A DNA stretch of 64,000 nucleotides from a virus (IMGVR_UViG_3300036795_000143:1-64000), one strand, 5' to 3'. Shown: positions 1-9,736, counted from the stretch's first letter. A program made the numbers and translations. The notes: a model not told the origin generated them from the letters alone.

Positions 1-25
1 CCTCTCGTTTTGTTTTGTTATCGGA

Positions 26-1198
26 TTAGTTCGTCATCATGCCTGTGCCTACAGTTGCCCATTCGTCCGGGACAGCTGTTGAGATCGTGGTCAGGGATCG
101 GTCAGCGCGGGTCGTGATCCAGATCAGTTCGGCTCCTCTGCCGAACCTCGAAATTACGGGGCCGCCTTTGACGACGGCTTTATGGTTCAGCACCCGTTCC
201 TTGTCGGTGAGGTCGCTAAAGTGAGAGTCCCATTGGCCAGTCAGATGAAGGTCAAGGAAATAGGGGACGGTCTCCTCTCCATTTATCAACGGGTAGCGTT
301 CGACTAGCTTCTTCGCCGGGGGGGTGATCTCGACTTTACCTGGGAGGAAAATCCACCTTTGGGGCTTGGCGGGCCGGAAGAAGTAGTGCAGCAACTTCTC
401 GGGTGGGTATTCCTCACCGTCGTAACCCCATGCCGAACTGTCGTAAGACCATGTCCCTTTTTGGTGATACTCACACGTAATGACGGGAATTATTGACGCC
501 AGCAGGACAATCGCAATTAGCACGTACAACATGACGCTAGGGAAGACGAAAAACGCACCTAGGATCAACGCCATGCCTACCGGGAGACCAACCACCAGCT
601 GGAGGGCCGCGCTCCTCCCGACCTCAGCGCCCTCACGCACACCAACAATCTCCGGAGAGTAAGCGGAATGGGCTGCCATATCAGATCGCTCCTTTTGTCC
701 CGGCAACGGGTCCGGCACCAGCCTGGCGCTACCGTCGTCGCGTGGGGGATTGCATATCGGGCACCAGGGCCACAACGTCAAATGCCGCAGCTTGGACCGG
801 ATGAGGACGATCCACATGGCCCAGTACATCGTCCCGCTAACTGCCACGCCTAGGCCCTTGGGTAATAACAATGCTGCCGCGACCGATCCGAAGATCACGG
901 ACGCAATCACTAGGTAGGCGTGGTGGTTCACCCACAGCGCCGAACCATGCTTGGCGACTGCCACCCACGGCTTAGCTGGTGTGTTTCGCTTGCACTGCTC
1001 GCAGCCCTTCGGGCTGTGCCCCACGGCTACGAGCAGCACAGCCAGGCCGCACAGGAACACGAGATCAGTTCCGAGGGCAGTCCACCATGGGCCCGTGATC
1101 TGGTCGGCGAACAAAATCCCGAGGAGCCACGGTGACCAGTGCGCGATCCACCGCTTCGCCCGGCGCACCAGCACCACCGACATGATGAAGTGGTTCAC
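26..1198 (-). CDS. Multi-TM membrane protein fused to a C-terminal conserved plasmid/phage domain; probably two genes (internal ATG at 679)
   Basis: Hydrophobic segments; C-terminal H..GQW...N..AV..GG..ISRF...IWITT.ADRS.TT pattern; AAGGAG about 9 nt upstream of the in-frame ATG at 679. Confidence 0.55.
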   Translation of the reverse strand: MNHFIMSVVLVRRAKRWIAHWSPWLLGILFADQITGPWWTALGTDLVFLCGLAVLLVAVGHSPKGCEQCKRNTPAKPWVAVAKHGSALWVNHHAYLVIASVIFGSVAAALLLPKGLGVAVSGTMYWAMWIVLIRSKLRHLTLWPWCPICNPPRDDGSARLVPDPLPGQKERSDMAAHSAYSPEIVGVREGAEVGRSAALQLVVGLPVGMALILGAFFVFPSVMLYVLIAIVLLASIIPVITCEYHQKGTWSYDSSAWGYDGEEYPPEKLLHYFFRPAKPQRWIFLPGKVEITPPAKKLVERYPLINGEETVPYFLDLHLTGQWDSHFSDLTDKERVLNHKAVVKGGPVISRFGRGAELIWITTRADRSLTTISTAVPDEWATVGTGMMTN

Positions 1199-1416
1199 AT
1201 GACACCTTCCGCGATCCACGCCGTGCGCTGGCCGTCGGTCGGTTCGCACCAGAAGCTGTTGCCGTGTGGGCATTCGGGGGAAAGCATGGCGTACGGGCCG
1301 ATCAGTTCCGGTGGCTGTTCGTGCACGATCACGTCAAGCCCTAGCTCAACGGAGAGGCGCCGCACTGCTTCGATGCAGCGGCAATCCGGGCTCAGCGTCA
1401 CCTCCAGATAGATCAC
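1195..1416 (-). CDS. Small Cys/His protein, paralog of 40570..40875
   Basis: Shared GLDVIV..PP...GP....CPHG...W.EPT..Q...W pattern. Confidence 0.65.
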   Translation of the reverse strand: MIYLEVTLSPDCRCIEAVRRLSVELGLDVIVHEQPPELIGPYAMLSPECPHGNSFWCEPTDGQRTAWIAEGVM

Positions 1417-1621
1417 TGGGCGCCTCGGTTCGTTGTTCTAGGAACCAGTTCGCGGCGGCGATGCACGCCGCAGCGAGCTTGTTGTAGTTCCTCTGACGGG
1501 ATGCTTGGTTGATCGCGAGGGCCAGCGCTGGTGCCCCGTCGCGTAACCAGGCCCAGCACGCTTTGCATGCGAAGTAGTCCTTTATCCGCGTGCAGCATCC
1601 TGGGCATTTGTGGTAGCTCAA
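1346..1621 (-). CDS. Small putative Zn-binding protein
   Basis: CPGC...FACKACW. Confidence 0.5.
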   Translation of the reverse strand: MSYHKCPGCCTRIKDYFACKACWAWLRDGAPALALAINQASRQRNYNKLAAACIAAANWFLEQRTEAPSDLSGGDAEPGLPLHRSSAAPLR

Positions 1622-1680
1622 CGCCGATCACCCCGTTAACCCCGTTGTCCTGAAACGACCAGGCACAGTATGGGGGTGAG

Positions 1681-1938
1681 TCATCGTCGCCTAGCTAACG
1701 CGCGTTGCCTTGCCACGGTCCGTGCTTTCGCGATGATGCGTTCCCGCTGCTTCTTCAAGAGCGCTGTCCTCTTCGCCGCAGCCCTTTCCTTTACGTGAGC
1801 GGTAGCCGCAGCGTTGGCGCTGACCTCGTCGTCGTAGCCCCCGTACCGGATGGAGAACCACGTGCACGAACATTTCGGGTAGTGCCGGCCGTCGATGGTG
1901 AGCACCGTGGTTTGGTGCTTGGTTTGGTGTTGCGCCAC
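1681..1938 (-). CDS. Hypothetical protein
   Basis: CSC..H motif, basic tail, co-oriented with neighbours. Confidence 0.45.
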   Translation of the reverse strand: MAQHQTKHQTTVLTIDGRHYPKCSCTWFSIRYGGYDDEVSANAAATAHVKERAAAKRTALLKKQRERIIAKARTVARQRALARRR

Positions 1939-2600
1939 TTCACTCCAATCGCGTGGACGACGTCAGCCGACGCTGCCGTGCAACCAAAAGTCGGGTTGTT
2001 TCCTCGGGGGAGGGACAAAAACGTAATTGTGCAAAACCTCCACCAGCTCCCAAAAGTTTTCGGAGCATGCAGCTTCGGGCTCTGGGAGTAAATGACCGTG
2101 ATAGCCGAATGTGTCTGCTTCGGCTAATCGTGCTGACTCGCTCGACTCGACTGTCTCACTACTCATTAAATCTTCCTCCTCCGTTGGATGCAGACCTCGT
2201 ATCCGTGGGGATCGGAGATGAGCGGCACCCGGCATCCTTCGCACGCATTGCCCTGCGGGGGATACCCGCAGGCAACGGTCGGCGGTAGTAGATGTCCGCA
2301 GCGGGCGGCCAGCACACCGGGCACGCCCGAGGCCGCCAACAGATGCACGGCGCCGTCGATCGGCGAAAGCACCCATAGCCGTCCCCCACTGTTGCCAGTG
2401 TAGGGCGTAGGCGCCCGGCGGTCATCAGTTGCAGTCACGCGCGATTTTCTATCGAAAATGAGCACATGTGTCAACTTCAGACGCGCTCAAGTTACCCGAT
2501 GGTGACGTGATGGTGGCCCGTGGTGCTGTGTGGGAACCGGTCGGGTCCGTGGCGGCGCACCGGGGGATGCGCGCTCAACTCACACGGACCCGACCGGGAG

Positions 2601-2849
2601 TCATTGACGTTGCTCGGGAATCGGGGCAGGTGTGGCAGCAGCTTCCCGTAGCGCTTCTGCCAGCTCAGCAGCTTGACCGCAAGTGAGGACAGCTTCGGTG
2701 GCGGTGGTGGCGTCCAACGACAGCACGACCTGGCGCATCACCCGCTGATCCTCCATCCCCGTTTCCCGCCACGCGATGACGGTGCGGTTGCGGCCCTCGC
2801 GGTCCTTGCCGGTGGTTACGAACCGATGAGTCTTCTCAGGGTCGGTCAT
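2601..2849 (-). CDS. Hypothetical protein
   Basis: ATGA overlap with upstream gene; LT..QA.ELA.AL motif. Confidence 0.55.
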   Translation of the reverse strand: MTDPEKTHRFVTTGKDREGRNRTVIAWRETGMEDQRVMRQVVLSLDATTATEAVLTCGQAAELAEALREAAATPAPIPEQRQ

Positions 2850-3115
2850 GCGCGCCGTTGGGCCGGGATCATCAACGGGTTCCAGCCCGTTCGGCGGGCG
2901 GCGAGAGCAGGGCCACCTGGTCCCGGGCAGCGGCGGCCCGTCCAGGCGAGAGGGCCGGGCACGATCACCTCGTGGCAGCACTCCGTGTTGTACCGGCCGG
3001 CTCGGCGACCGGCGGCGCCCTCGTCGAACGTCACGGTATGCGCGATGTTCCTGTTGTCGACCATCTCAAAACTCTCGCGTCGTGGCCGCGTTTCCCCTAG
3101 CCGGTGGTTCGCCAT
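2846..3115 (-). CDS. Small Cys/His protein divergent from the XRE gene
   Basis: H.V...GRY..CC...C pattern, of a kind I recall next to actinomycete XRE/DUF397 pairs. Confidence 0.5.
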   Translation of the reverse strand: MANHRLGETRPRRESFEMVDNRNIAHTVTFDEGAAGRRAGRYNTECCHEVIVPGPLAWTGRRCPGPGGPALAARRTGWNPLMIPAQRRA

Positions 3116-3549
3116 GGGGTGTTGCCCCGCTTTCCTGCTGGAGCCGATCGGGCGCTGGGATTGGTGGGTAGTACGAACGGTCGGGGGCTCGACGCGTACA
3201 CCCTCAGCCAGCGCCCGACCGGGGTCGGTGGTGTTTGCCGAACAACTTTGGGGGAGGTTGGTGACGTCTGCCGAACTGCGGTGGGGGCAGGCATCCATGC
3301 AGTTGGCATTCACGCAGGCGGGCGAGGATCCGTGCCACTAAGGCGCGGTCTGCGTCCACGGTCACGACTCCCCTCCGTCGGTGGGGTCCTTCCGGCGCTC
3401 AGGGCTACCGCCTGGCGCTGTACGGTCCCTGGCGTACGGTACAGGTCGTACGGTCCAGAGGGACAGTCCCCTTTGGGGTATAACGCACCGTTGAGTGATC
3501 GCTACTGCCCGTCCGGTGGTAGGAGCGCATAGAAGGGACGGACTAAGGT

Positions 3550-4401
3550 TTGTACGTGCCAGGCATCGGGGGACTGTTGTTCGGTCAGCGGCTCGCAGCT
3601 GTACGCGAGGCCGCAGGTGTCACGCGGCTAGAGGCCGCCCGCGAAGTTGGCGACAAAACCGACATCAGAATCCGCCACTGGGAAGCCGGGCGCAGACTGC
3701 CGAAGTTCGAGGTCGTAGCCCTGCTCGGTCGTCGCTACGGCCTCGACGAGGCTGCTATCAACGGGCTGCAAGTGATGCGCGAGGAAGCCAACACTCCCAG
3801 CCGGTGGGGCTCCTACGGCCTCCCGGAAAGCGCTGTTACCTACCTCGGGCTCGAAGACGATGCGGCCGAAATCTGCACCAACGACGGCATGATCGTCCCG
3901 GGGTTGTTGCAAGCAGAGGCATACATGCGGCGACTGTTCGCAGTCGCTGGCGTGGACGGCGGGGCCGTGAACAACCGGGTCGCGGCCCGACTACTACGCC
4001 AGGAGCACCTGACGGTAGTAGGCAAGGACGAGCCTCTGCGGCTCACCACAGTGATCTCCGAAGCGGTGCTGCGATGGGTCGCCCACGAACCAAAGGAGGT
4101 GGCCGTACAACAGCTAGAGCATCTCCTAGATCGAGCACAGTGGTCGAACGTGGAGATCCGGGTCCTACCCTTCGACGCGGGCTTACACCCCGGCATGGAT
4201 GGACCCTTTTCCCTACTGCGTTTTCCGAAGGGCCTGCTAAAAGATCTTGCCTACGTGGAAAGCGCCAGTGGGGGTCACCTCATTGATGAATGCCCGACCG
4301 TAACCCGGCTCGATACGTTATTCCACGACCTGCACAGCCAGGCACTCCCTCCCGAGGAGAGCCTGGCCATCATCGCGCAGGTTGCCGACGAAACAAGATA
4401 A
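3550..4401 (+). CDS. XRE-family HTH regulator with DUF5753 domain (Scr1/WhiJ-like)
   Basis: N-terminal HTH (IRHWEAGRRLP); VPGLLQ.E.Y, R..RQ, SEAVL, QL.HL, V.IRVLPF, YVE motifs. Confidence 0.92.
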   Translation: MYVPGIGGLLFGQRLAAVREAAGVTRLEAAREVGDKTDIRIRHWEAGRRLPKFEVVALLGRRYGLDEAAINGLQVMREEANTPSRWGSYGLPESAVTYLGLEDDAAEICTNDGMIVPGLLQAEAYMRRLFAVAGVDGGAVNNRVAARLLRQEHLTVVGKDEPLRLTTVISEAVLRWVAHEPKEVAVQQLEHLLDRAQWSNVEIRVLPFDAGLHPGMDGPFSLLRFPKGLLKDLAYVESASGGHLIDECPTVTRLDTLFHDLHSQALPPEESLAIIAQVADETR

Positions 4402-4414
4402 GAGTGAACATACC

Positions 4415-4624
4415 ATGGAATTGCTTGACCTGACCTCCGCTAAGTGGAGGAAGTCCAAGCGCAGTCAGGCTCAGACCAACTGCGTTGAGGTCGCCAAGGT
4501 GGGTGGCGTGCGCGCCATCCAAGATAGTAAGAACCCGCACAAGTCGGGCGGGGCTGTCCTGGTCGTAAGTCCCGATGCGTTCAGCGCATTTACTGCCGGT
4601 GTATGCGCTGGAGAGTTCGACTAA
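4415..4624 (+). CDS. DUF397 domain protein
   Basis: WRKS.RS....NCVEVA....AIQDSK.P...GEFD. Confidence 0.92.
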   Translation: MELLDLTSAKWRKSKRSQAQTNCVEVAKVGGVRAIQDSKNPHKSGGAVLVVSPDAFSAFTAGVCAGEFD

Positions 4625-4633
4625 CACCACACC

Positions 4634-4689
4634 GAACTAGGGCCTCCCGTCCGAAGAGGTAACGGACGGGAGGCCCTAGTTCTGTTTTT
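4634..4689. terminator. Intrinsic terminator between convergent genes
   Basis: 20-bp perfect stem GAACTAGGGCCTCCCGTCCG/CGGACGGGAGGCCCTAGTTC followed by TGTTTTT. Confidence 0.85.
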
Positions 4690-5530
4690 AGTGCTGCGGC
4701 TGCGGCATCAGCACGGGCGAGGGATCCAGACAGACCTGGTAGTGAATCATTTTGGTGCCATCGGGGGTGAAAAGCGACAACGTCATGAAAGGTACAGTCA
4801 CTTCGCTGCCCTCGTGCCGGGTGAACGTCACCCGGCCAGTGGTCACCGTGCGGTCACCCTCCACCTGCCAATAATCGTCCACGTCATGCCTCACGGAGAC
4901 AATCAGAGAAAAGAAGCCCTCCGTGAATTCTGTTATCGCGAGGCGCCCGACTACGGGCTCGAAATTGCCCCATCGGAGTGTGCCATCTTTAGTGAAATAT
5001 GAGGCGAAAGCAGCGGCCCTCTTGGAATCAACCTCATCGAGTAGGTCATTGAAAAACCGTTCGCCCATGACTTTCGGTTCTTGTAGGAGTAGCCGAGCGG
5101 CCCTGGTGCCGGCTTTCCCCTCGTCCGGTACCCGAACCCGCATGGGGCGCTGCTCCTCGCGCGATATCCGCAGCGCCTCGGGAGTCCTGATCAACTCAGT
5201 CGGTGCCTCAGGGCGGGCAGGATGTGGCAGATCTAACAGGGCCCACATCGCTCCATCTGGTTCCCCTACCCAGGCCCACACGCAGTTGTCGTCGCCGGTG
5301 TCCGGCGGGTTCAGCGCGTCGGCGGGCTTGACTAGTCGCGCCGCTGCTGCCGGACCGTCCACGCGCAGCGTAAGCACGTCGAAGTGCTCTGACCACTCGT
5401 AGACGCAGATCACCGCCGTGGGGCGGTCCTTGGGTCCGCAGCAGTACGCGATGAATCCGTCGTTGACCAGAGCTTGGAACAGCGCATCGATCAGATCTTC
5501 TTGTTTCTGAGCAGCAGCGACCACGACCAT
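4688..5530 (-). CDS. Two-domain protein: unknown N-terminal domain plus C-terminal SnoaL/NTF2-like domain
   Basis: F...FTKDGTLRWGN.EPVVG..AI....VTFTR..G..VTVPF....YQV.LD. Confidence 0.7.
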   Translation of the reverse strand: MVVVAAAQKQEDLIDALFQALVNDGFIAYCCGPKDRPTAVICVYEWSEHFDVLTLRVDGPAAAARLVKPADALNPPDTGDDNCVWAWVGEPDGAMWALLDLPHPARPEAPTELIRTPEALRISREEQRPMRVRVPDEGKAGTRAARLLLQEPKVMGERFFNDLLDEVDSKRAAAFASYFTKDGTLRWGNFEPVVGRLAITEFTEGFFSLIVSVRHDVDDYWQVEGDRTVTTGRVTFTRHEGSEVTVPFMTLSLFTPDGTKMIHYQVCLDPSPVLMPQPQH

Positions 5531-5801
5531 GTTCGTTCACCTCACGTTCTCACTGTCCGACACCACCTACCGCACAGCACCGTGGTCGGTGTACAAGCTA
5601 ATGTCAACTCGCTCAAAAGTCCCGTGAAGATGCTCGTGCAGCTGCGTGTTCACAGCGACTGTCCGTGACCGTCAGAGCCTCCGTCGTGCCTCATAGTTAC
5701 CCCCTGAGTGTCACCGAAGGTGCGTTATCGTGGGCGCGCGCGTCCTCGGGTTGCGGCAGGTCGCGTGGGTCAGCCCACCAGCACCCAAAGAAGGAGAGCG
5801 A

Positions 5802-6029
5802 ATGAGTTCGCCTATCGAGGACTCGTCGTGGGCCGATAGCAGGTGGGGGCAGGCGTACCTAAAGATCCGAGCCTTCCAAGCGACCGGCGCAGCAGACGAG
5901 GAGGTCGATGTTTTCACGGCACTCCTAGAGAAGGAGTGCCCTCCACCTGAAACCTCAGAGGAACACGCGCAGTACGCGCTGGTCCAGGCCCAAGCAATAC
6001 GGGACGCACAGGAGGCGAAAGCAAGATGA
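5802..6029 (+). CDS. Hypothetical protein
   Basis: AAGGAG RBS; ATGA coupling to the next gene. Confidence 0.6.
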   Translation: MSSPIEDSSWADSRWGQAYLKIRAFQATGAADEEVDVFTALLEKECPPPETSEEHAQYALVQAQAIRDAQEAKAR

Positions 6030-6250
6030 CTGACGCGGAGCTGAAAGAACTGTACGCACGCGACGCCACCGGCTTGACTTATGTTAAGTCGCCCAAAAGC
6101 GAGGTAGATATGAGCGAAAGCGTCGAGGTCGGGGTGTTCCCGGACGGGGTGAGAGTTATGCGTAACTCGAATGGTGGCCCCGATACCCGGTACACGCCCG
6201 CTGAGTGGGCCGCGTTCATCGCAGGAGTAAAGGACGGCGAGTTCGACTAG
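6026..6250 (+). CDS. Second, divergent DUF397 protein
   Basis: KS..S....VEV....MRNS....YTPAEWAAFIAGVKDGEFD. Confidence 0.85.
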   Translation: MTDAELKELYARDATGLTYVKSPKSEVDMSESVEVGVFPDGVRVMRNSNGGPDTRYTPAEWAAFIAGVKDGEFD

Positions 6251-6330
6251 CCGCCCGAATAACAACAACTGCGGGGAGTAGCGCTTGGGGAAGGGCGCTA
6301 CTCCCCGTGCCGCTGAATGAAAGGAGAACA

Positions 6331-7467
6331 ATGGTAAGTAGTGAGCCCACCAGCACCAGCACAATGTTCCATCCTGTGGGCAGTATGCCAGCAGGGATGA
6401 TCCCCAGAGATGCCCAAGAACTGGCGCTGAACGAGATAACGGAATGTCTAGCGTTCAGCTTCGGGTCCACTGAAACGGATCCCGACCAGATCGATTGGAT
6501 AGTCCCTGTTATTCGGGAGCTGAGGAACAACCCCAATTTGGAGGTGACCCTCGATGGTAACTGGGAGACCTTCAGCGACGTCCTCAATTTCAAGATCCGT
6601 CCTGGTCGCACATTCACGGAGAACGACCTCAACCTTCACCTCCTAGACGACTTCAGGAGGCACTGGACAACGGTCCGGCGGTTGCTGCGGGAGCACGGTC
6701 ACGACAAGCTCTCCTACCAGCTGAGGTGGCCGACTGATTTCAATTACGCGTACTTCTCGTTCGGGGTGCGTGGCGTTCTGCGACAGAGAAGGTATCTGCG
6801 GCCATTCACTAAAGCACTGGCCCGGGAAATGAGTGCCATCGTCAGCGAGGCGCGGCGTCCGCAGCCTGCGGCTGGGTCCAAGTCGTCGTTGCTGTGCCAG
6901 TTCGAGTTCCCCGCTGAACTTGTGTTGCTGACGACGCTGCTCAAGCAGCTCCCACGGTGGCTGCTTCCGCTGCCGGTGGCGTGGCTAGCACGGCAGGTGT
7001 TGCGGAACGTGCGGGCGGCCCCACTTGAAACGGAGTCCGGTGCGCATGCGTGCGACGGGAACCTTAACCGCGAAAGCGTGATCCCGCCCGAGTTCCTCGC
7101 AGGGGTCCTGTTGATCAACAGGATCGTGAAGAAGTGGCCCAAGAACCACAAACCGCCGCTGTACGTTCACTTCCCGTTGGCTGACTCTAAGTCGCCGCCG
7201 TCGCTGATCAAAGAGGACTACAGCGATCTAGCTCGGTTGCGTCTCCCACCGGGCTGCGCGTTCGTCGCGGGAATCCTCCACGAGGATCTGACACCAGATC
7301 AGGTTCGCATGATCGTGTCTTGGATCCAAGAATTCCTTCCCGGTGTGCCAGTGCACATATCTGGGTATTGCGGGTTCGGGCGGTGCACGGTGGACGCCAC
7401 TACAACGATGCTGCGTACCGCTGCGGCGGCGTGTCGGGCACCGGACAGCGAGAGCGAAACAGTTTAA
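6331..7467 (+). CDS. UROD/MetE-like (cobalamin-independent methionine synthase-like) TIM-barrel protein
   Basis: HxCxG (HACDG), YVHFP, AGILHE and terminal CGFGR, matching MetE-like Zn-ligand motifs; AAGGAG RBS. Confidence 0.6.
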   Translation: MVSSEPTSTSTMFHPVGSMPAGMIPRDAQELALNEITECLAFSFGSTETDPDQIDWIVPVIRELRNNPNLEVTLDGNWETFSDVLNFKIRPGRTFTENDLNLHLLDDFRRHWTTVRRLLREHGHDKLSYQLRWPTDFNYAYFSFGVRGVLRQRRYLRPFTKALAREMSAIVSEARRPQPAAGSKSSLLCQFEFPAELVLLTTLLKQLPRWLLPLPVAWLARQVLRNVRAAPLETESGAHACDGNLNRESVIPPEFLAGVLLINRIVKKWPKNHKPPLYVHFPLADSKSPPSLIKEDYSDLARLRLPPGCAFVAGILHEDLTPDQVRMIVSWIQEFLPGVPVHISGYCGFGRCTVDATTTMLRTAAAACRAPDSESETV

Positions 7468-7534
7468 GGATTCCCGTTCGCCACCGGACGGGATACTCGG
7501 GGGCAGTCAGGGCACAGCTGCAAACCCGAGGGCA

Positions 7535-7586
7535 ACGGGGCAGGCACCTTCCATTCAAGGAAATGGGGCGGGCGCCTGCCCCGTTT
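7535..7586. terminator. Hairpin between convergent genes
   Basis: AACGGGGCAGGC...GCCTGCCCCGTT. Confidence 0.5.
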
Positions 7587-7589
7587 GCT

Positions 7590-7859
7590 TTATGGCGGTT
7601 TCGGTTTCGCGCAGTTCCCGCACCAGGTGCCGGGCTCGCCGTAATGCCAGCCTTGGCACCAGCGGTGTCGGCCGATGCGGCACAGGGTTTCAGCGGCGAG
7701 CTGCGGCGACCAGCGGTAGGTCCAGGCAAGGCTGAGGTGGTTGCGCCAGCCGCCGGGTAGGGATCCGCACCGGGGTCCAGCTGGCCAGTGATCTAGGGGA
7801 TGGAATTCGGAGAAGTCGAGGTGCCGGATCGTGGGTGGTCCGGTCGGGTCGGGGCTCAT
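7590..7859 (-). CDS. Hypothetical Cys/Trp-rich protein
   Basis: LC.IG.H.W...C..C. Confidence 0.5.
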   Translation of the reverse strand: MSPDPTGPPTIRHLDFSEFHPLDHWPAGPRCGSLPGGWRNHLSLAWTYRWSPQLAAETLCRIGRHRWCQGWHYGEPGTWCGNCAKPKPP

Positions 7860-7937
7860 GCCCCCCTGGTGTTGTTGACCATGGGCTCACGGTAGCAAAA
7901 CGTCCCCACGACGTCACCATGGTGCTACAGTGACGTT

Positions 7938-8339
7938 ATGACGCCGCAGGAGGAAACAGAGAGGACCACCCTCTACCTCGACCCTGAGGTCAAGAGGCGA
8001 TTGCAGGAACGAGGACGCAGTCACCGACAGAGCATGTCCGGCGCGGCCAACATCCTGCTAACTGCCGCGCTGGACGAAGAAGACCGACAGGAACGAAGAT
8101 CACCAATCAGGCTGGAGCAGATAGGAAACCACGACTTCTACAACGTGTACGAGCGGGCGACAGGTCGGGAAATCGGGACAGTGACCAACCGTGGGTACCC
8201 GAAAACTCCATGGTGTGCGATCCGCCCGGAGTACGTGGCGCACAACCCGGACACAGCGCCCACCTACGGGATGGCTCGGACCAAGGAGGAAGCAGCGGAG
8301 TGCCTGCTGTCGTACCAGGTGCTCGACAACCCCACCTGA
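7938..8339 (+). CDS. Ribbon-helix-helix DNA-binding protein
   Basis: RTTLYLD..V...L.......SMS....LL..AL. Confidence 0.65.
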   Translation: MTPQEETERTTLYLDPEVKRRLQERGRSHRQSMSGAANILLTAALDEEDRQERRSPIRLEQIGNHDFYNVYERATGREIGTVTNRGYPKTPWCAIRPEYVAHNPDTAPTYGMARTKEEAAECLLSYQVLDNPT

Positions 8340-8413
8340 TTTGTTAGGCGGACCCGGCCAGTAGGCGGCAACCCTCTGGCCAGGCCCTTGACGGAAGAAA
8401 GGACCTTCCGCCC

Positions 8414-9037
8414 GTGAACACCGTAATGGATCCACCCATCTCACCGATGCTGGCGACCAACGGTCTGCCACCCACCGGTCCCGGTTGGGCATTCGAACCT
8501 AAGTGGGACGGCTACCGGGGCATCGTCACGACAAGCGGCGGCCGGGTCCGGTTGACCAGCCGCCAGACCAACAACTTCAGCGACCAGTACCCCGAGCTGA
8601 CCGAGGCACTCGCCGAGCTGTGCGGCGAACGGTCGGTTGTTCTTGACGGGGAAATCGTGGCCCTCGCTGATGACGGTCGCCCGAGTTTCCGGTTACTCCA
8701 GCGGCGCAACGGCCGACCTACCGAGATGCTGAGGAAACGCGTACCCGTCTCCTACTACGTGTTCGATGTGCTCGCCCTCGACGGTGAATCGGTGTGCGGT
8801 CTGCCTTACTCCCGCCGCAGGGAGCTGCTCAGCGGGCTCGGTCTGGTCGGCTCACCGCAGGTGCAGGTGTCGCCGTCGTACACCGCTGCGGACGACATGG
8901 ACGGCTGGAAGCTGCTCAACACGATCCGCATCCTGGGCCTGGAGGGCATCGTCTCTAAACGGTTGGACTCGACATACCAGCCGAACACACGCTCACGCCG
9001 CTGGATCAAAACCATCGCAGCTGAGGTGCCCGCGTGA
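8414..9037 (+). CDS. ATP-dependent DNA ligase, adenylation domain only (LigC/LigD-like)
   Basis: PMLA, EPKWDGYR (motif I), LDGEIV (III), YVFDVL (IIIa), EGIVSK (IV), WIK (V); no OB domain. Confidence 0.85.
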   Translation: MNTVMDPPISPMLATNGLPPTGPGWAFEPKWDGYRGIVTTSGGRVRLTSRQTNNFSDQYPELTEALAELCGERSVVLDGEIVALADDGRPSFRLLQRRNGRPTEMLRKRVPVSYYVFDVLALDGESVCGLPYSRRRELLSGLGLVGSPQVQVSPSYTAADDMDGWKLLNTIRILGLEGIVSKRLDSTYQPNTRSRRWIKTIAAEVPA

Positions 9038-9492
9038 GCGACGACGTGATCATTATCTGTGCGGTGTGCCGGCGGGTGCTCCACAACTACATCGATGAGA
9101 CCGGCGCTGAGTACATCCACACCGAGCAAGACTCACCAGCCGACCACGAACCCCAACCGATCCGGGCACCTGAGGGCTACCGGGAGGGCCGGTGCGACTT
9201 CTGCAATCACGACTGGCCCGAGTTCGTGTTGCCGGTGCGGGACTTCGTGCCCCCGGGTCGACCTAACGAGATGAGCCTCGGTAGTTGGGCCGCGTGCCCC
9301 ACCTGCGGGAAGTTGATCGACAGCAACCGGTGGTCGGATCTCGTGGCCCGCGTTGTGGCCTTGAGGGAGCTGGAGGGCAACCCAGTGTCCGCAGACCAAC
9401 GTGCGCAGATCGGCGCGCTCTACCGGCGACTGCGGAAAAACATCTCGGGAAGCTTGCGCCCGATAGTAGAAGAGGAGCAGCCGAATGGCTGA
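9034..9492 (+). CDS. Putative Zn-binding hypothetical protein
   Basis: CAVC, CDFC, WAAC..C; GTGA coupling. Confidence 0.65.
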   Translation: MSDDVIIICAVCRRVLHNYIDETGAEYIHTEQDSPADHEPQPIRAPEGYREGRCDFCNHDWPEFVLPVRDFVPPGRPNEMSLGSWAACPTCGKLIDSNRWSDLVARVVALRELEGNPVSADQRAQIGALYRRLRKNISGSLRPIVEEEQPNG

Positions 9493-9736
9493 ACACATCA
9501 TGGCGTACGGACCCTGTTTCTGCTGCGGGGTGCCGTTCTGGTTCGACCCCGACAGCGTTCCCAGCTTGTTCGTCGACCCCGTCACCGGCAAAGCACCCGA
9601 CATGGGCGGCAACCCGGAACGCGCCGTCAGGGAACCGGTCTGCATTCCCTGCCGGGAGTTGGCCAACCCGGTGCGCATTACGGCTGGGCTAGAGCCGTGG
9701 CCGTTTCCTGAAAGAGATCAAGGAGCTACCCCATGA
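9485..9736 (+). CDS. Small putative Zn-binding protein
   Basis: GPC..CG..F.FDP..VPS...EPVC..C; GAGGAG RBS. Confidence 0.65.
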   Translation: MAEHIMAYGPCFCCGVPFWFDPDSVPSLFVDPVTGKAPDMGGNPERAVREPVCIPCRELANPVRITAGLEPWPFPERDQGATP

